A stretch of DNA of 63,359 nt, the filler included, from Licmophora abbreviata (lineage: Eukaryota), in the NCBI GenBank assembly GCA_900291995.1. It is 23 parts of 23 records of this genome, joined end to end, with 100 filler letters (N's around TTAATTAATTAA, not from the genome) between each part and the next. Parts side by side here need not be neighbours in the genome. Positions count along the whole stretch, not along the records: positions 30,191 to 35,035 come from OLMU01004979.1; positions 35,136 to 41,815 come from OLMU01004980.1; positions 41,916 to 45,073 come from OLMU01004981.1; 20 more parts are not named here. One strand, given 5' to 3'. Both the position numbers and the translations under genes were made by a program. The notes below the pieces were generated by a model. The model saw only the letters and a list, made by a program, of their open reading frames with translations. It had not been told where the DNA came from and made no database searches. Every line of letters starts with the position of its first letter. The first letter of the stretch is position 1. Below are positions 33,194 to 43,366 of the stretch, in pieces.

Positions 33194-33816
33194 CACGCGA
33201 TCTCCTTCTGTCTTTCGAATTGGTTTTTGACCCAGGTGAGAATCGTCTTGGGGCTGGGCCAGCACGATCCCGCTGGGCCAGTGTCCCTCAGCGCCCTAAG
33301 CTCAGCGTCGCGCTGCAGAGCCTGCTGCAGCCCAGGCGGCGTCTTGTCTAACAGCGCTGCGGCCGCCGGCCCCGACATCGGCGCGCCGAACCAGACGCGG
33401 TCGAAGGATTCGCAGTAGTCGATCAACTGCATCTGACTGACATGACGAAAGGGATAGTGACGGGCGAAGGCCAACAGCTCCTGCTTCTTCCGCAACACCC
33501 GCATTTTGGGGTAGCCAGCGTCGATTTGGTCTGCCACCCAGCGCAGGACCTCGTGCCGGCTGACATAGTAGCGACCGACCTCCCCGATGCGAACATAACC
33601 GGGTGGCGCGGAACCTCTGGCGCGCGCCGAATTCAGCGCCGGCGGCTTCATCTCGAAAAGACTGGCGATTTTGTCGTTTTTCACCGGTGCGAGGAGATGC
33701 AGAGGGTCTCTCCGTGCCATGTCCTCGATTTTCTGAGTGAGTATCTCGATACTCTCAGGGTTGTCGTGGAAACCCAGCGCACCAATGTACAGCAGCGGAT
33801 CGCATGCAAACTTCAT
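33193..33816 (-). CDS. AlpA/excisionase-like winged-HTH protein with C-terminal extension
   Basis: KIASLFEMKPPALNSARARGSAPPGYVRIG..RYY.SRHEVLRWV pattern; first gene of the replication operon. Confidence 0.55.
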   Translation of the reverse strand: MKFACDPLLYIGALGFHDNPESIEILTQKIEDMARRDPLHLLAPVKNDKIASLFEMKPPALNSARARGSAPPGYVRIGEVGRYYVSRHEVLRWVADQIDAGYPKMRVLRKKQELLAFARHYPFRHVSQMQLIDYCESFDRVWFGAPMSGPAAAALLDKTPPGLQQALQRDAELRALRDTGPAGSCWPSPKTILTWVKNQFERQKEIA

Positions 33817-34214
33817 AGCTCTACAGCCTCTCTCCGCGCGCGGATTCTGTGCATGGTCCTGTTAGGGAGTTCGCGCGCAGTTGAAGAACGCCAGGGACCG
33901 GATTTTATTTGATATTTATCCGGTCTTCCGCGTGCACCAGGCGCGGCAATCCTTCTCTTGCTCGGAGCTAAGCTCAACGAGATATCGCGCTGCCGTAAGC
34001 TGGTGCAAGCAACGCAAACACAACAATAAGGGAAGTGACACCCAAGTCAACACTATTTCGGGGGCTATTCCTGCATGTAGTAATTTTATGATCGAAGGCA
34101 CTACATTTTGCGCCAGGAGGAGATGGGTTAGTGCTCAATTTAGGATCCACTCTTTCAAGCTCACTTCCCGCATGGTCAGCGTCGACCTTGGGTCTCAATG
34201 TGGGGTCAGGCCTG

Positions 34215-34454
34215 ATACGCCTGCGTGGCCCCGACGATGCCAATGACGAATTCCTCCTCGCCACCATCGCCCAGAATTTCTGAAAACTCGCAAAGCTGCG
34301 GCCACAGTGCGCCAACTCGGATGCCACAAAATGAGCTGAGCGGCCAGACAGATGCCACAAGGCGGTGCAACGTGCGCCTTACCGAACCAAACGGCGACAT
34401 CCGCGGCTGAGGGCAGCCCAAAACGGGTTCTCCTGGCCGACTTTTTCAACAAAA
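34215..34454 (+). pseudogene. IS1182-family transposase C-terminal remnant with probable right end
   Basis: Reads IRLRGPDDANDEFLLATIAQNF*KLAKL with an in-frame stop; GACTTTTTCAACAAAA at 34439-34454 resembles an IS terminus. Confidence 0.6.
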
Positions 34455-34609
34455 GGGCAGTAAGCTGTCGTTAACGGCAATTGCGAGACGAGCAGATCGC
34501 AGAGCGGAAAGCTGACCTTCGCTTCGTTTGCAATTGGAATGATCCTAGATTGTAGAAGCGGACCTTCGCGGCAGATTCATAGGTAGATGTGGTCTCTGGC
34601 GATCCAAAT

Positions 34610-35779
34610 TCACACCTCAAGTTTCGGACGAACCGCTCTTTCGGCGCCACAGCTTTGCCTGATGGAGATATATGGCGTCAGCCGTTCTTGCATGGGGGGG
34701 TGTTCGGGCTGCGCCAAACGTCGCCGGAGGATTTTGACAGCTGTTTGTCCGATAACGTCGGCATTATTCGTGACTGTTGTTAGCGGTGGAAATGACACCT
34801 GAGCTTCATCAGTGTCATCTATTCCTACAACTGCAACGTCTTTGCCGACCTCAAGGCCGAGATCCGCCAGGGCGCTCATTGCGCCGAATGCCACAAGATC
34901 GTTAAAACAGGCGATGGCCGTTGGCTTTGTGTCACCCGAGGCCCAAAGATGCTTGATGGCAGTATGTGCATCAAGCCTTTTTGACGGCCCGTCGATCCAA
35001 CTTTCGCGATTAGCGTTAAGTCCCGCCTCGCTCATNNNNNNNNNNNNNNNNNNNNNNNNNNNNNNNNNNNNNNNNNNNNTTAATTAATTAANNNNNNNNN
35101 NNNNNNNNNNNNNNNNNNNNNNNNNNNNNNNNNNNTTAAGTCCCGCCTCGCTCATTGCGGTGAGAAAACCTTCATAGCGTCCGTCAGCTGTCGTTGTGCC
35201 CGGCTTGCCTCCCAGCATGATGATTTGCTTGTGGCCAAGGTCGATCAGGTGACTCGTTGCCAAACGCATGCATTCTGGATCGTCGTTGATTACAAAATCC
35301 AAGGATGTGTCAGGGATCGAGCGCACAATGAGAACAACAGCCCCTCCCGCCTGTTTGAAAGCTTCAAGATCGCTTTCTTGAGTGCCAAGAGCTGGAGATA
35401 GGATAAGACCGTCGGCTCCATGTTCAATAAGGGAGGCCACAAAGCGCGCTTGTTTTCCTAGATCGTCATCATGACTGTTTACGAAAATAGCTTCGCCGTC
35501 ATCTGACAGTCTTGCCTCGGTCGCGGTCAGCATTTCAGCAAAAAATGGGTGCACAATGTCATGAAACCCGACGCCTATGATTCGGGTTCTGCCGGTGCGC
35601 AACGCAGTGGCGGCGCGGTTTTGGATGTATCCAACCTCGCTCACGTAGTCGCGGATTCGTTGTTTTGTGCTGGCCTGAATAAGCGGGCTATTGCGTAGTG
35701 CAAGCGATACTGTAGCAACGGACACGCCAAGCGTTTCAGCGATCGCTTTTTGCGTCAGGGCTTTGTTTTTTCTTGTCAT
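34610..35779 (-). CDS. LacI family transcriptional regulator
   Basis: TQKAIAETLGVSVATVSLAL HTH, NDLVAFG, GIDD, PPLTTV; the gap is an overlap. Confidence 0.92.
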
Positions 35780-35861
35780 GTTGGGGCTGTGGTGCCGTGG
35801 CTTAATCTGTCTGAGCGTCCATGAGGATCGCACAAAACCATGGGTCTGACCACTGTCATTT

Positions 35862-35907
35862 TTCAATCGATAAAACTGCGGTTTAATCGATTAAAAAATT
35901 ATTGACA
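35862..35907 (+). promoter_or_regulatory. Two LacI-type operators and a -35 box upstream of the TRAP operon
   Basis: Perfect palindrome TTTAATCGATTAAA (35882-35895), variant TTCAATCGATAAAA (35862-35875), TTGACA (35902-35907). Confidence 0.7.
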
Positions 35908-35996
35908 CAGGTCGCGCACAGTACCAAACATGCGGTCCAGATGCTCGGGAGGAGCCACTGACATTTCCGGGCGTATCTTGTTCAAGGGAGGACGTT

Positions 35997-36977
35997 ATGA
36001 AACTTAACTGCAAATTTCACGCAGCATTCGCTGCAGGTGTGTTGGCTGTCGCCACTGTGGGGGCGGCGCATGCGCAAACCGAACTGAAGTGGGGGCATGT
36101 GTACGAGGCGCAGTCGCCATACCACGAATGGGCCGAATGGGCTGCTGATACTTTTGAAGAGCGCACAGATGGGCGTTACTCCATCGAGGTCTTCCCAGCA
36201 TCATCCTTGGGGAAGCAGGTAGATCTTGCCGAGGGGCTTGGCCTTGGGACCGTCGATATCATTTATGATGGTCAGTTCTTTGCTGGGCGACGCTATGGCC
36301 CGATGGCCATTGGCAGCGCACCTTTCATGTTCCGTGACTTCGCCCACTGGGAGGCATATCGCGACTCTGAGCTATTTCAGGACTTGTCTTTGGGCTACAC
36401 TGATGCCACTGGCGACGATATTGCCGGGTTGGTTTACTATGGACAACGGCATGTGACGTCGAATTCCGAGATCAAGACACCTGCGGATATGGACGGCATG
36501 AAGATCCGCGTGCCGAACGCATCTCTTTATAAGATGTTCCCTGAAGCGGTCGGCGCGAATGCCTCGCCGATGGCCTTCGCTGAAGTTTACCTTGCCCTGC
36601 AGCAGGGTGTCGTGGATGCACAGGAAAACCCCCTGCCAACCATCCAGTTCAAGAAGTTCCACGAGGTTCAGGACTACATCACTCTGACGGGCCACATAAC
36701 AGACGCGCTGTTGACCATCGTGGCGGGCCGGCTTTCGGATAGCATGTCCGAAGAAGACTATTCCACCTTGATGGACGTGCTTGAAGAGGCGGCCAACGGA
36801 GCCTCTAACGACATCCGGACAGCGGAATTGGAGCTTGTAAATTGGTTCCGTGAGCAAGGCACCACGGTAAACGAGGTTGATCGTGCGCCCTTCCGGGATG
36901 CCGTTGCAAAGGGCCTGAATGGTCCAGATGCAACTTGGGATCGCGAAACATTCGATCGGCTCCAGGCTTTGAACTGA
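35997..36977 (+). CDS. dctP: TRAP transporter substrate-binding protein (DctP/SiaP family)
   Basis: Signal peptide, GMKIRVP, EVYLALQQGVVDAQENP. Confidence 0.92.
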   Translation: MKLNCKFHAAFAAGVLAVATVGAAHAQTELKWGHVYEAQSPYHEWAEWAADTFEERTDGRYSIEVFPASSLGKQVDLAEGLGLGTVDIIYDGQFFAGRRYGPMAIGSAPFMFRDFAHWEAYRDSELFQDLSLGYTDATGDDIAGLVYYGQRHVTSNSEIKTPADMDGMKIRVPNASLYKMFPEAVGANASPMAFAEVYLALQQGVVDAQENPLPTIQFKKFHEVQDYITLTGHITDALLTIVAGRLSDSMSEEDYSTLMDVLEEAANGASNDIRTAELELVNWFREQGTTVNEVDRAPFRDAVAKGLNGPDATWDRETFDRLQALN

Positions 36978-36989
36978 TAAGATCGTGCT

Positions 36990-37013
36990 GGCCGCGACTC
37001 TAGGGTCGCGGCC
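36990..37013 (+). terminator. Hairpin after dctP (mRNA stabiliser or partial terminator)
   Basis: GGCCGCGAC-TCTAGG-GTCGCGGCC followed by a T-rich stretch. Confidence 0.5.
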
Positions 37014-37071
37014 CTGTCTCTTTCTCACGATTCCGCAAATCAAACGGCTGATCAGGCCGAAGGATAAAGTT

Positions 37072-37602
37072 ATGTCCGAACCCGGTTCAACTTTAAATAA
37101 CGACGGCCAAAAGAAAGCCTTTCCTGCTTTTGACCTTGCCGTGGTCATTGTTATTTTCTGGTTGCTTGCCCTTGTGGTGTTTGTCCAGTTCTTCACGCGC
37201 TACGTTTTGAATGACTCGATTGGCTGGACCGAAGAGATCGCCCGCTACTTGCTTGTGGCCGTAACATTTGCCGGATCAGCAGTGGCTGTGCGCCGCAACA
37301 CGCATATCTCGGTCGAATTCTTCTATCGCTACTTGCCGCTGTCCGGCGCGCGCGGGATGGCGCGGTTCGTTGATCTTTTGCGCATCGGTTTGCTGGCGGT
37401 GATGACGGGGCTGTGCATTCAGCTAGCGGGTAATACGCGCCAAATGATGACCTCGATCGATGTGCCCAAAGGATGGCTCTACGGTTTCATCGCGGCCTGT
37501 TTCGGATTGATGACGGTCTATTCCGTGATCGTGGCATGGCGCCACTACAAGACTGGAAAAGCGGATGTCGCGCCCGATGTCCCCGCCGGGCTTGATGAAT
37601 GA
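37072..37602 (+). CDS. dctQ: TRAP small permease
   Basis: RYVLNDSIGWTEEIARY, HISVE. Confidence 0.9.
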   Translation: MSEPGSTLNNDGQKKAFPAFDLAVVIVIFWLLALVVFVQFFTRYVLNDSIGWTEEIARYLLVAVTFAGSAVAVRRNTHISVEFFYRYLPLSGARGMARFVDLLRIGLLAVMTGLCIQLAGNTRQMMTSIDVPKGWLYGFIAACFGLMTVYSVIVAWRHYKTGKADVAPDVPAGLDE

Positions 37603-37612
37603 GGAAAGTCCC

Positions 37613-38887
37613 ATGCTAATTCTTTTCGGAACACTTGCCCTGCTTTTGGTAATCGGCCTACCGGTGGCTTTGTCCTTGGCAGGCGCCTCGCTTGCCTTTC
37701 TGCTGATCGAAAGCCCGATCCCGCCCGTGGTGGTGCTGCACCGGATGATCAACGGGGTGGACAGTTTCCCCTTACTTGCCGTGCCGTTCTTTATCCTTGC
37801 GGGAAGCCTGATGAACCATGCCGGGATCACCGATCGTATTTTCGATTTCGCCAAAGCGCTTGTGGGTTGGATGCGCGGTGGCCTGGGCCATGTCAATATC
37901 GGCGCTTCGGTGCTTTTCGCGGGCATGTCGGGGGCGGCAGTAGCCGATGCCGGAGGGCTTGGCACCATCGAGATCAAGGCTATGAAAGAAGGTGGTTATG
38001 ATGCGGATTTCGCCGTTGGCGTTACCGCGGCGTCCTCGACGATTGGCCCGCTGATCCCACCGTCCTTACCGTTGGTAGTATATGGGGTTGTCTCATCCAC
38101 CTCGATTGGCCAGCTGTTCGCGGCGGGGCTTGTGCCGGGTTTGCTTATGGCCGTGGCGCTTATGATCATGGTGGCGTGGTATGCGCATGTGCGTGGCTAT
38201 GGGCGCGACGCGGGCTTTGCCTGGAATATCCTCGCGGCAACATTCAAGCGCGCCTTTCTTTCGCTTCTCACGCCGATCATCATCGTGGGCGGCATCCTTG
38301 CAGGTCTTTTCACGCCGACCGAAGCCGCGATTGCTGCCTGCGCCTATGCGCTCGTGCTTGGCGGGTTGGTCTATCGCACCCTGAGCTTTCGCAAGATTAA
38401 GGCCATTTCGCTTGATACCATCGAGACCACGGCGATCGTTTTGCTGATTGTCGCGGCAGCGTCGATCTTTTCGTGGATCTTGACCACGAACCGTGTGACG
38501 GAAATGGTCGCCGAGATGATCCTCGGGCATACGCAGAATGTCTTTCTGGTCCTTTTGTTGATCAATGTGGTTCTGCTTATTGTCGGCTTCTTTATGGAAC
38601 CAGTTGCAGCAATCACCATCCTGACGCCCGTTCTTTTGCCGCTTGTCGTGGAATTGGGTGTCGACCCTGTGCACTTTGGCATCATGATGGTTCTCAACCT
38701 GATGCTTGGGTTGCTGACGCCCCCCGTCGGGATGGTGCTTTACGTACTGGCCCGCGTGGCTGACATCAAGTTTGAAAGCGCCGTGCGGGCCACGGCGCCG
38801 TTCCTGATCCCGTTGGGCACAGTGCTTCTACTCATCACCTACGTTCCAGCCCTGTCGATGTGGCTGCCAAACCTTCTTTACCGTTAA
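37613..38887 (+). CDS. dctM: TRAP large permease
   Basis: LLAVPFF, SGAAVAD, LIPPS, GVDPVHFG, TPPVG. Confidence 0.92.
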   Translation: MLILFGTLALLLVIGLPVALSLAGASLAFLLIESPIPPVVVLHRMINGVDSFPLLAVPFFILAGSLMNHAGITDRIFDFAKALVGWMRGGLGHVNIGASVLFAGMSGAAVADAGGLGTIEIKAMKEGGYDADFAVGVTAASSTIGPLIPPSLPLVVYGVVSSTSIGQLFAAGLVPGLLMAVALMIMVAWYAHVRGYGRDAGFAWNILAATFKRAFLSLLTPIIIVGGILAGLFTPTEAAIAACAYALVLGGLVYRTLSFRKIKAISLDTIETTAIVLLIVAAASIFSWILTTNRVTEMVAEMILGHTQNVFLVLLLINVVLLIVGFFMEPVAAITILTPVLLPLVVELGVDPVHFGIMMVLNLMLGLLTPPVGMVLYVLARVADIKFESAVRATAPFLIPLGTVLLLITYVPALSMWLPNLLYR

Positions 38888-38910
38888 TCGAACGAGATTG
38901 GACCGCAGAT

Positions 38911-39921
38911 ATGCCATCCAAAGCAAAAACTAATATCGAAGATTATCTACGGATGTACCGCCAGATGGTGCGTATCCGTACCTTCGAGGACAATGCAAAC
39001 CAGCTGTATCTCTCCGCTAAAATGCCGGGGCTGACCCATATGTATTCCGGTGAGGAAGCAGTGGCTGTCGGTATCTGCGAGGCGTTGACTAAAGACGACA
39101 AGATCACCTCGACGCACCGGGGCCATGGGCATTGCGTGGCCAAGGGTGCCGAGTTCAAGGAAATGTTTTGTGAACTTCTTGGCAAGGAAGAGGGCTATTG
39201 CCGGGGTAAGGGCGGCTCGATGCATATCGCCGATCAATCGAACGGAAATCTGGGGGCAAACGCCATCGTTGGTGGCTCCATGGGGATTGCCACCGGCGCG
39301 GCCTTTACCTCCAAATTGCTCGGCAAAAAAGATGTCACCGTCTGCTTCTTTGGCGATGGGGCCACTGCTCAGGGCCTGATGTATGAGGTTATGAACATGG
39401 CTGCGCTTTGGAACCTGCCGGTGATCTACGCCTGCGAAAACAACGGCTACTCTGAATACACCAAGACCGAGGAAATCGCCGCTGGGTCCATCACCGCGCG
39501 AGCCGAGGCCTTCGGCATAGAGGCGCATCAGGTCGACGGCCAGGACGTGTTGGCGGTCAACGAGTTGACCCAGAAGCTTGTGGCGCGAGCCCGGAAGGGC
39601 GAAGGCCCGTTCTTCATGGAGTTGATGACCTATCGGTACCACGGCCACCATGTGGGCGATATCAACCGCGAGTACTATCGCTCGAAAGAAGAAGAAAAGG
39701 ATTGGAAGGAAAACCGCGACCCGATCATTCGTTTCCGCGGTTGGCTGGTCGAACAGGGCATTGCCACCGAAGACGAGATCGAAGCCATGAATGCCGAGAT
39801 CAAAAAGGATGCCGAAGAGGCCGTCGCCTATGCCGAAGCAGCCCATTACCCCGACCAATCCGAGGTTGATATGCACGTCTTTACCGACATCAAGCACGCA
39901 CTCGCGCGCGACACCGCCTGA
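38911..39921 (+). CDS. TPP-dependent dehydrogenase E1 alpha (acetoin/2-oxoacid dehydrogenase type)
   Basis: STHRGHGH, GKGGSMH, FFGDGA..ENN TPP motif, YRYHGH. Confidence 0.9.
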   Translation: MPSKAKTNIEDYLRMYRQMVRIRTFEDNANQLYLSAKMPGLTHMYSGEEAVAVGICEALTKDDKITSTHRGHGHCVAKGAEFKEMFCELLGKEEGYCRGKGGSMHIADQSNGNLGANAIVGGSMGIATGAAFTSKLLGKKDVTVCFFGDGATAQGLMYEVMNMAALWNLPVIYACENNGYSEYTKTEEIAAGSITARAEAFGIEAHQVDGQDVLAVNELTQKLVARARKGEGPFFMELMTYRYHGHHVGDINREYYRSKEEEKDWKENRDPIIRFRGWLVEQGIATEDEIEAMNAEIKKDAEEAVAYAEAAHYPDQSEVDMHVFTDIKHALARDTA

Positions 39922-39931
39922 GGAGAACGAC

Positions 39932-40927
39932 ATGCGAGAGATTACCCTGTCCCAAGCGGTCAATGAAGCGCTGGCCGAAGAGATGCGCCGCGACAAGACC
40001 GTTTTCATCATCGGTGAAGACGTGGCTGAAGCGGGCACTCCTTTTAAAGTGCTCAGTGGGCTTGTTGAGGAATTCGGAACAGGTCGTGTTGTTGACACCC
40101 CTATCTCTGAGCCGGGCTTCATGGGTCTTGCCGTGGGCGCCGCGATGACTGGCTCGCGCCCTGTCGTGGACCTGATGTTCGGCGATTTCATCTATTTGAT
40201 TATGGATCAGCTTTGCAATCAGGCGGCCAAGACTCATTACATGTCGGGCGGCAAGCTGAATGTGCCGCTGGTCCTGCGCACGAACCTCGGTGCCACCCGG
40301 CGCTCCGCCGCGCAGCACAGCCAATCCCTGCACGCGCTGGTCGCTCATATTCCTGGGCTGAAGGTCGCGATGCCCTCCTCGGCCTACGAGGCCAAGGGCC
40401 TGATGAAAACCGCGATCCGCGATGATAACCCGGTTGTAATCTTCGAAGACAAGCTGATGTACAACGACAAGGCCCCTGTGCCTGAAGAGGAGTTTCTCAT
40501 TCCTTTCGGCAAAGCCAATATCAAGCGCGAAGGCTCCGATATCACTCTGATTGGTACTTCGTCGATGGTGCAGGTCTGCGAAGCTGCTGCCGATATTTTG
40601 GCCAAAGAGAGAATTAAGGCCGAAGTGATCGATCCGCGCACCATCGTGCCGCTGGATGAGGCTGCGCTGCTCAAATCGGCCAAGAAAACGTCGCGCGTGA
40701 TCGTCGTGGATGAAGGCCATCAAAGCTTTGGCATCACCGGTGAAATCGCCAGCCGGATCAACGAAAAGGCGTTCTATCACCTTGATGCACCGGTGCTGCG
40801 TATGGGCGCGATGGATGTGCCGGTGCCCTTTAGCCCCGCGCTGGAAGACATCACCGTGCCAACGCCAGAAGCGGTGGCCGAGAACGCCCGCAAACTGATG
40901 AGTGGGGAGATGATCCATGCCGCATGA
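39932..40927 (+). CDS. Dehydrogenase E1 beta subunit
   Basis: GEDV, DTPISE, AQHSQS, IDPRTIVPLD. Confidence 0.9.
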   Translation: MREITLSQAVNEALAEEMRRDKTVFIIGEDVAEAGTPFKVLSGLVEEFGTGRVVDTPISEPGFMGLAVGAAMTGSRPVVDLMFGDFIYLIMDQLCNQAAKTHYMSGGKLNVPLVLRTNLGATRRSAAQHSQSLHALVAHIPGLKVAMPSSAYEAKGLMKTAIRDDNPVVIFEDKLMYNDKAPVPEEEFLIPFGKANIKREGSDITLIGTSSMVQVCEAAADILAKERIKAEVIDPRTIVPLDEAALLKSAKKTSRVIVVDEGHQSFGITGEIASRINEKAFYHLDAPVLRMGAMDVPVPFSPALEDITVPTPEAVAENARKLMSGEMIHAA

Positions 40928-41815
40928 AGTGATCATGCCAGCACTTGGCATGGCGCAGGATACCGGCCTGATCGTCAGTTGGTTCAAAAGCCCCGGCGAT
41001 GCGGTCAAATCCGGTGATGCGCTCTTCGAGGTTGAAACTGACAAGGCCACTATGGAGGTTGAAGCTCCGGCCGATGGCTATCTGACAGATGTGCAGGCCG
41101 ACGCCGGGGCCGAGGTGCCCGTGGGCAATGTTATTGCACTGATTTCCGACACCGCCGAGGATAGCGGAAACATGACCAACGCCGCGCCCGCTGACGCGCA
41201 GTCAGAATCATCGGCCGAGGCCCTCGCCCAAGAGGCCGCCCTGCCCGAGGGTGCCGAGGTGATCATGCCCGCGCTTGGAATGGCGCAAGATACAGGTCTG
41301 ATCGTGGCGTGGCACAAATCGCCGGGTGACGCCGTTGCATCAGCTGATATCCTTTTCGAGGTGGAAACTGATAAATCCACCATGGAGGTCGAGGCTGGGC
41401 ATGACGGTTTTGTTGCGGCTCTTCTGGCGGAAGCGGGCGAAGAGGCCCCGGTGGGCGACGTGATCGCCATCATCTCCAGTGAAAAACCAGATACCCCCTT
41501 GCAGCGCAGTATTGCGGATGCGGCCAGCCCGATGGCCGCCGCTCCACAGCCGTCCCAAGATGGCGGTGTCAAGGCCGCCTCCGCCGATAAGGCCCAGGCC
41601 AGCGCAGCTGCCCTGAAACCGGCCCCTACGGCCAAGCCGCGGGCGGATGGCCGCATCCTTGCCTCCCCCAAGGCGCGGCGCTTTGCGCTGGAACAGGGCC
41701 TTGATCTGAACCGGCTGGTCGAGGCGGGCCACCCACAGCCCTATCACGCGGCGGATATCGAGGTGCTCAAATCCCTGCCTACGGTGCCTGCTGCGAGCGA
41801 AGCCGCCGCGCAATC
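40917..41815 (+). CDS. Protein with two lipoyl domains and a peripheral subunit-binding domain (3' end in gap)
   Basis: EVETDKAT and EVETDKST lipoyl motifs; ILASPKARRFALEQGLDL. Confidence 0.88.
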
Positions 41816-41931
41816 NNNNNNNNNNNNNNNNNNNNNNNNNNNNNNNNNNNNNNNNNNNNTTAATTAATTAANNNNNNNNNNNNNNNNNNNNNNNNNNNNN
41901 NNNNNNNNNNNNNNNAGACATGGAGTCCAAA

Positions 41932-43356
41932 ATGGAATTTACCGACCTCTATATCAACGGCGAATGGCGCAAGACGTCCGACCGCTTTGATGTACTGAAC
42001 CCCGCCACCGAAGAGGTTCTGGCCTCCGTCGCCTCCGCCGATATTGCCGATGCCGATGCCGCCCTCGATGCCGCCGAAGCCGCGATGAAGGACTGGGCCG
42101 CGCGCACTCCGCGCGAACGCTCAGAAGTGCTGCGCAAAGCGTGGGAATTGATGACCGCAAAGCTCGACTACTTTGCCAATCTGATCACGCTGGAAAACGG
42201 CAAGGCCGGGGTCGATGCCAAGGGCGAGGCCACCTATGCCGCCGAGTTCTTCCGCTGGTTCGCCGAAGAAGCGGTGCGTGCCGATGGCATGATCACCCAC
42301 GCACCCGCCTCGGGCGCCCGCATCATGGTGCAGCACAAGCCCGCGGGTCTGGCCGTGCTGGTCACACCCTGGAACTACCCCGCTGCCATGGGCACCCGCA
42401 AGATCGCGCCCGCGCTGGCCGCGGGATGTGGCGTCGTCATCAAGCCCGCCTCGGAAACCCCGCTGACGATGCTTGCGCTCATGCCGCTTCTTGAAGAAGC
42501 GGGTGTGCCCAAGGGCCTAGTCAACGTCCTGCCCTCGCGCCGCACTGGCGCGCTTGTTGATCACATGCTGCATGACCCGCGCGTGCGCGTGGTCAGCTTC
42601 ACGGGTTCCACGGGGGTGGGCCGAAAATTGCTCAAAAGTGCTGCGAACCAGGTGCTCAAGCCCGCCATGGAACTGGGCGGCAATGCCCCCGTCGTGGTCT
42701 TCGAAGATGCCGATATGGACACCGCCATTGAAGGCACCATGCTGGCTAAAATGCGCAATCTGGGCGAGGCCTGCACCGCCGCCAACCGTATTTATGTGCA
42801 CGAAGACATCGCGGAGGAATTCACCAAGCGCCTTACCCAAAGGATGAGCGCGCTAAAGGTCGGCGACGGCACCGACCCGTCCGTCGATGTGGGGCCTCTG
42901 GTCAATGCGGATACACGAAACAAGGTGGCCGAATTCGTGGCCGACGCGGTCGCCAAGGGCGCAAAGATCGAATGTGGTGGCACGATGCCTGACGGCAAGG
43001 GCTTTTACTATCCCCCTACCGTTCTGTCGAACGTCTCCGAAGATGCTGAATGCGTGCATGACGAAATCTTCGGCCCGGTCGCGGCCATTCAGACCTTCAA
43101 GGACCAAGAAGAGGTCATCAAGCAGGCCAATGACACCGAATACGGCCTTGTCGCCTATGTTTTTTCCGAAGACATGAAACGCGCCTTGCAGGTCTGTGAA
43201 CGGCTCGAATACGGCATGGTCGGCCTGAACCGTGGGTTGGTCAGCGACCCAGCCGCCCCCTTCGGTGGCGTGAAGCAATCGGGCTTGGGCCGTGAAGGCG
43301 GGCATGAGGGTATGCTTGAGTTCATGGAAACCCAATACATCTCGGCCAGCTGGTAA
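41932..43356 (+). CDS. NAD(P)-dependent aldehyde dehydrogenase, succinate-semialdehyde dehydrogenase-like
   Basis: PWNYP, FTGSTGVG, MELGGNAP, GEAC, EIFGP, FGGVKQSGLGREG. Confidence 0.92.
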   Translation: MEFTDLYINGEWRKTSDRFDVLNPATEEVLASVASADIADADAALDAAEAAMKDWAARTPRERSEVLRKAWELMTAKLDYFANLITLENGKAGVDAKGEATYAAEFFRWFAEEAVRADGMITHAPASGARIMVQHKPAGLAVLVTPWNYPAAMGTRKIAPALAAGCGVVIKPASETPLTMLALMPLLEEAGVPKGLVNVLPSRRTGALVDHMLHDPRVRVVSFTGSTGVGRKLLKSAANQVLKPAMELGGNAPVVVFEDADMDTAIEGTMLAKMRNLGEACTAANRIYVHEDIAEEFTKRLTQRMSALKVGDGTDPSVDVGPLVNADTRNKVAEFVADAVAKGAKIECGGTMPDGKGFYYPPTVLSNVSEDAECVHDEIFGPVAAIQTFKDQEEVIKQANDTEYGLVAYVFSEDMKRALQVCERLEYGMVGLNRGLVSDPAAPFGGVKQSGLGREGGHEGMLEFMETQYISASW

Positions 43357-43366
43357 GGAGGCGGAC

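Noticed and set aside
40917..41480. Internal DNA repeat (two similar ~220-bp blocks)
   Set aside because: Explained by tandem lipoyl domains
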